A stretch of DNA of 57,758 bases, the filler included, from Dugesia japonica (Eukaryota): the NCBI GenBank assembly GCA_001938525.1. It is 4 parts of 4 records of this genome, joined end to end, with 100 filler letters (N's around TTAATTAATTAA, not from the genome) between each part and the next. Parts side by side here need not be neighbours in the genome. Positions count along the whole stretch, not along the records: positions 48,662 to 57,758 come from MQRL01609336.1; 3 more parts are not named here. One strand, 5' to 3'. A program made the translations under genes and the position numbers. Positions 52,743 through 57,758 of the stretch are shown here, piece after piece. A model generated the notes under the pieces. The model ran no database searches and was not told the origin of the DNA. It was given only the letters and a program-made list of their open reading frames with translations. Position 1 is the first letter of the stretch. The number at the start of each line of letters is the position of its first letter.

Positions 52743-53569
52743 ACAATATATATTCTAAACATAAAATGACTTTCTAACAAATATATTTAGTTTTTGAGGA
52801 ATCAGTTATGCAATAATGTCTGAGCACTAAAATTCATACACACATTCAAACAGTCAATCACGCATTCACCAATTATCGCATACATATATTAATTTACTTA
52901 TATAAAGGTCAATATGAAAATATTATATTATTCTAAGANNNNNNNNNNNNNNNNNNNNNNNNNNNNNNNNNNNNNNNNNNNNNNNNNNNNNNNNNNNNNN
53001 NNNNNNNNNNNNNNNNNNNNNNNNNNNNNNNNNNNNNNNNNNNNNNNNNNNNNNNNNNNNNNNNNNNNNNNNNNNNNNNNNNNNNNNNNNNNNNNNNNNN
53101 NNNNNNNNNNNNNNNNNNNNNNNNNNNNNNNNNNNNNNNNNNNTACCATTATTATTAATACCATTATCATTACTACCGTTATTATGGCAATAATTATTAT
53201 TGTTATTATTTTCATAGAGATATCATCACTCTTAAAATTAAAATCATTATTTCATAGTGTTATTAATAATATTATATTAATCATGACTGATTTCAAATGA
53301 TCACACCATACTTGTTATTGTTATCGATAGGATTAACGTTACTATTATGCACAAGAATAATTCTCGTTTTTATTATTGCCTTTAGTATTCATATAGACAA
53401 CTCTTGTTCAGCATATATCAATGGTATTAGTCCGTCGTTACCATATCAAAATCCCGTTATAATATTGCAATGTTATTATCATGATTATTTTTTATAAGGT
53501 TTTCGTCTTATTTTGTTAACGTTACTATGAATACTTACCATAGTTACTGTGAATAGTACCACCGCCGGA

Positions 53570-53985
53570 TCTTCATTAGATTCCCACGTACTATATTTCA
53601 TTATCACATAACTAAATTCAGATTAAATACGACTTAGTCTGGTATATTTAGATGGGTGGAAATGCCCAACAAAACCTAACAAATCAGCATATATTCCCAT
53701 GACGACCAAGTAGAACATTTAGACTTGAATTACAAATTGCAGCCAGGTTTGACGGACAACTGAAACCAATTGGTTTAGAGCTTGCAAGCATAGCTCCGGA
53801 AACAAAACGTTGAATATGATAGGAGAGATGAATCCCAGAACCTTTAAGCTGGGAGCTGAGGTCGATTGGACCTGTGAGGAAAATGATAACATGCGGAGTC
53901 TCCAATTAAATACGTTTACCTACCAACGTAAATTAGGAAGATTTTTGTTGACCTCTGTTCCGACGACGAACAATGAATATGTATT
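53570..53985 (+). mobile_element. Possible RTE-clade non-LTR retrotransposon 3' remnant
   Basis: GC-richer island with decayed KR*I* (compare KRRWxWIG), *IPE (compare WxP) and terminal RKIFVDLCSDDEQ* (compare WRxFVxALCS). Confidence 0.4.
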
Positions 53986-54232
53986 AAACTTTAAATATAT
54001 TATATAAATATTTATAAAAAATACGATAGTTGTATTACTGAGTTTTATTCATTTGATCAACGTATGACGTGTGATTTTATAGGTAAAAGTAATAAAATAT
54101 TATTATATAAATTAATTTTTTATTGAAAAGATGTAAAAAAATGTAAAAATTAAGAATTATAGCCGTCTTATATTCAGTATAATCGCATTAATGTTTGTTC
54201 GAATAATATAAACTGAATAAACTCATTTATTT

Positions 54233-54274
54233 CATTTTTGTCTGATGATGACGGTTAATCCGTCGAAATATATA
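54233..54274 (+). ncRNA. Minimal type I hammerhead ribozyme motif with intact core (PLE terminal repeat)
   Basis: tttttgt-CTGATGA-T-GACGG-ttaat-CCGTC-GAAA-TATATA: perfect 5-bp stem II, palindromic ATATAT stem III, AUA site. The 3' strand of stem I is lost in the N gap. Confidence 0.8.
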
Positions 54275-54372
54275 NNNNNNNNNNNNNNNNNNNNNNNNNN
54301 NNNNNNNNNNNNNNNNNNNNNNNNNNNNNNNNNNNNNNNNNNNNNNNNNNNNNNNNNNNNNNNNNNNNNNNN

Positions 54373-54437
<65 letters not shown>
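54373..54437 (+). repeat. (TTA)n microsatellite
   Basis: More than 20 uninterrupted TTA units emerging from an N gap. Confidence 0.95.
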
Positions 54438-54438
<1 letters not shown>

Positions 54439-55349
54439 GTATTGTTGAAGTATGGATTGGATTTTTTTTTACTTGAATCTAGGAATTAGTCATACCCAGT
54501 CTTCCTGTAGTTGGTCTTCATGGCAGCATCGTTGACTTTTATTGAATTTCAGGTGCGTACCGATTTAGCATATGTTATTTTTTTGTGAGCTATAGACTCT
54601 CTAAAATGATCAAAATAAAACGTTGCCCAGTATTTTGCTGATTTTCAACATAAAGAAGAGTAATAACGATATAAATATTTAATACATGTACCATGAACAC
54701 AGGATACATAAAATAATTTCCAGGTCTAGTGATGTGTGTAAGAGTGATTCATAGATTATACATATCTGGGAAATTTCTTAATTTTTATATTTATGTTATA
54801 TTATATTAGAATTTATTTTTTGAAACATTTAAATATGATTTCAAATATTATAACAGATTTTTAAAATATAAAACCTTTTATAAAGGCAAATTAATTTAAA
54901 TAATTTAATATATTATATTAGGCAAAATTATGGAAGTATAAAATTATTTTAAAGAAATTATGTAGAAAAATAATTAAAAATATATGTAAAGTATAAATAT
55001 TTGGTAAAATTAAAATCTATATTTTGAAAATATTTTATTGAAATTTGAATTAACTTTCTCAGATTATTTGTTTAATTACTATGGATTATTTTTCATTTAT
55101 TTTTACTTTAATGACAAAATTTGTGATAATTATCAAAAACCTATGGAGAGTTGTGAGGTTTTGAATTTAACTAATAATGTGGATATGATTTCATTTATGT
55201 GTTTCTATCGGAGTGTATGAAGTGTTCTGTGATTTTGGCTAAGAGCATAATATCTTTATAGATTTATTTGAGAGCATTAGATCGTTATTAACTTTTTTGA
55301 TTACATTATATCAATTTTCCCTGAAAAATAATTCATCGGTTTTCATTTA

Positions 55350-55900
55350 TCCTTTTGAGAACCACTCATGTGTTTATATTGTTTACTCTCTAGGAGCGTA
55401 ACATGACNNNNNNNNNNNNNNNNNNNNNNNNNNNNNNNNNNNNNNNNNNNNNNNNNNACATTTAAACATAATGAACTTGTTTTAGCATATACTAGCATAT
55501 CTGCAAATCTTGGAATATATCTGAGTCCAATGAGTGTATTGAAAATATTTGAAAATATCTGAACATAACCAAATATATTGAGAACAATAAGCACATTCAA
55601 AGAAATCTCATGTTATTAGGATATTTCTGAGCAAATTTAGTTTATTGATGACCATCTGTGCATGTAATAACTGAGTCTATTGAGAATGTCTGAGTATATT
55701 TGAGGAGATTTGAGTCCAGTTGAGCAAAAAATAAGCATGTTCAATAAATTCTGAGCATTTTGGAATATATTTGAGTATAATAAACCTGTCTGAGCATATT
55801 GGAGTACATATGAGTAGGTGTGAGTACATCTGAGTCCAGCTGAGTATAATAAGCATGTTCAACAATAAATATTCTCTCTTTGCACGATTACTGAGAGTCA
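55350..55900. repeat. Degenerate minisatellite built from (tc)tgag-headed ~10-14 bp subunits
   Basis: Recurrent tctgagcatatt, ctgagtcca and ataagcatgttcaa; higher-order similarity between 55711-55750 and 55831-55870. Confidence 0.75.
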
Positions 55901-57574
55901 TTGATTGAAAACTTTCTATCTTTTCCCAAAAATTATTCTGTGTTTTTTTACTTTTGTTCTGGAATTTTTTTTAATTAATTTTTTGCGAGTACTTATACTC
56001 TTTTTGAGAATCTCGTTTAAATCTGAATTAATTTCACTGCCAATTTCATTTTCTTTTACAAATCGATTTAATTTATCATAAATTCCGCGAATTCCTTCTG
56101 TAATTGATTAAACCATCTAATAATTTGTTGATTACTTGCTTTCTCATAATTCATCGATTTTATTGGAATATGAGGTTTGATAAATTTTAAATGGTTTGTT
56201 TTTCCAATATCAGGTTTTCTATTTAATTTTTTCCTGTCTAAGTTCTTTTAGTATAGTAGCTTATTCGTGGTTTCGACGATTTCTTTACGTAATTATAGTT
56301 GGACTTTGTTGAAATTAATTTGTTGGGTTCTGTCTCAACAGTATTATTATAATTTATTATTATTGCAGTATTTTATTTTTATAAGTTATTTCAATTTGAT
56401 AAACAAGTTTGAATAAAAATAAATATTTTTCTGAAATATAAATTTTAATAAGTAATTAAGAATTATCAATAAAAAAAAGTTGATAAAATATTTTAATTAC
56501 TACTGTTTTCTAAAGAAGAATCGATATTCCAAAACAAAATAGTCTACTTGTAGACTTTTTGCAATTATATTTACTTTCGTTCCATTTGGTATTTCATAAT
56601 ACATTTAGATTTCTTAGGAAAAATTTTTAAAATTGGAATATATTTTATTTATTTCAGAAAAATTATCATTTTATATTTTAAAAAAAATAATAGCTTAAAG
56701 ATCTAAATAGTGAAATTGTTGACAAAAATTTTCTTTGTAATTTTATTATAATTTGAGTTTTATTGATGTAAATATCACTGCACAGTGAAGAAAATTAATG
56801 AAATATATTCAATGAAAATCATTAACTGAGAAAAACAATATTTGTTTTCATAAATAGGATTTCAATGCATCGATAGAGAAAACAAATTTTGTTTTTGATA
56901 GATTTGTTGAATAAAATAGGTATTGTTTTGTTGGTAACTTAAATTTCGCAAATTATTCATTAATGGAATTTCTTTGAGATTTATTCAGTTCAATTATTTT
57001 ATTTGATTCTTTATCAAAATTTTATTTGTTTTTATTTGATTTATCATATTATAACAATATTATTTTATATTATTAATTTAAGCAATTATAATGTTTTTTA
57101 TCAATTTAATAAAATAAAAATAGTTTTTGATTTGGATTAATTTATTTGAATTATGTAAATTTTCCAATTATGGAAAAATCAACATAAATTAAATACAAAA
57201 TAAAAATCTCATTTATCATTAATAGAAATACTTAATGACACTTTCAAATAACAAATTCGAGCATTGTTTTATTAATAGCAAATAAATATTAAAATAATCA
57301 ATTTTAAATGTATCAATTTTTTGTAAATTTTTCGAGACAGCTCCGTTTGTTTTTGTTTCTTATTCGATATAATTGAGATTAATATTTCTTTAAATTTCTT
57401 TGTAAGCAAACAAGTTTAGTTAAGATTATTAAGAAATCTTTTTTTTGGTACATTTCTTTTTGAGAAATTAAACATTTATTTTTTAACATAATATTACATC
57501 AATAATTTCTTATTACAAACTAATTTATTGATAACAAATNAATATTGATTAGAATATTGGAATATTATTATTTT

Positions 57575-57587
57575 TGATAATAATAAC

Positions 57588-57619
<32 letters not shown>

Positions 57620-57635
57620 CAATAATAATAATAAT
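57575..57635 (+). repeat. Imperfect (AAT)n microsatellite
   Basis: AAT/AAC/ACT trinucleotide run that ends abruptly at TGTTGGGG. Confidence 0.85.
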
Positions 57636-57758
57636 GTTGGGGTTTTACCCTTTTTTCGATGATTATTTATGTGATTAAATCTACGGGGGTCGATCTTTAT
57701 TTAAAATCAAGTCTAGGGTCATTGCTTTGGTAAAAACCCCGCGATGAATTTAAATCTG

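Noticed and set aside
52914-53497. Hydrophobic Ile-rich ORFs that look like membrane proteins
   Set aside because: Translation of degenerate (ATT)n low-complexity DNA and N gaps.

Overview
Very AT-rich eukaryotic draft-assembly DNA. Spliceosomal introns as short as 40-46 nt and the repeat content would fit a triclad flatworm, but that is inference only. The window is four sequence blocks joined by artificial 100-nt spacers (44 N + TTAATTAATTAA + 44 N), so adjacency across ~25.2, ~34.2 and ~48.6 kb is not evidence of linkage. Host genes: an 8-exon 5' portion of an AGAP/centaurin-gamma gene (minus strand, cut by a spacer inside the PH domain), a C2H2 zinc-finger ORF, and two candidate exons of an unidentified plus-strand gene. 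Most other recognisable sequence is decayed mobile DNA: several Tc1/mariner lineages, a two-ended piggyBac in an AGAP intron, MITEs, three Gypsy remnants, an RTE-like 3' end, and Penelope-like elements with minimal hammerhead ribozyme motifs. The most unusual signal is missed by the ORF track: a decayed minus-strand reading frame (~40.5-41.0 kb) resembling the membrane-proximal end of a chuvirus-type glycoprotein, with a PTAP motif in its tail, lying between two co-oriented Gypsy remnants. It is a candidate envelope-bearing LTR element. All family calls come from manual translation and motif recognition, not database searches.
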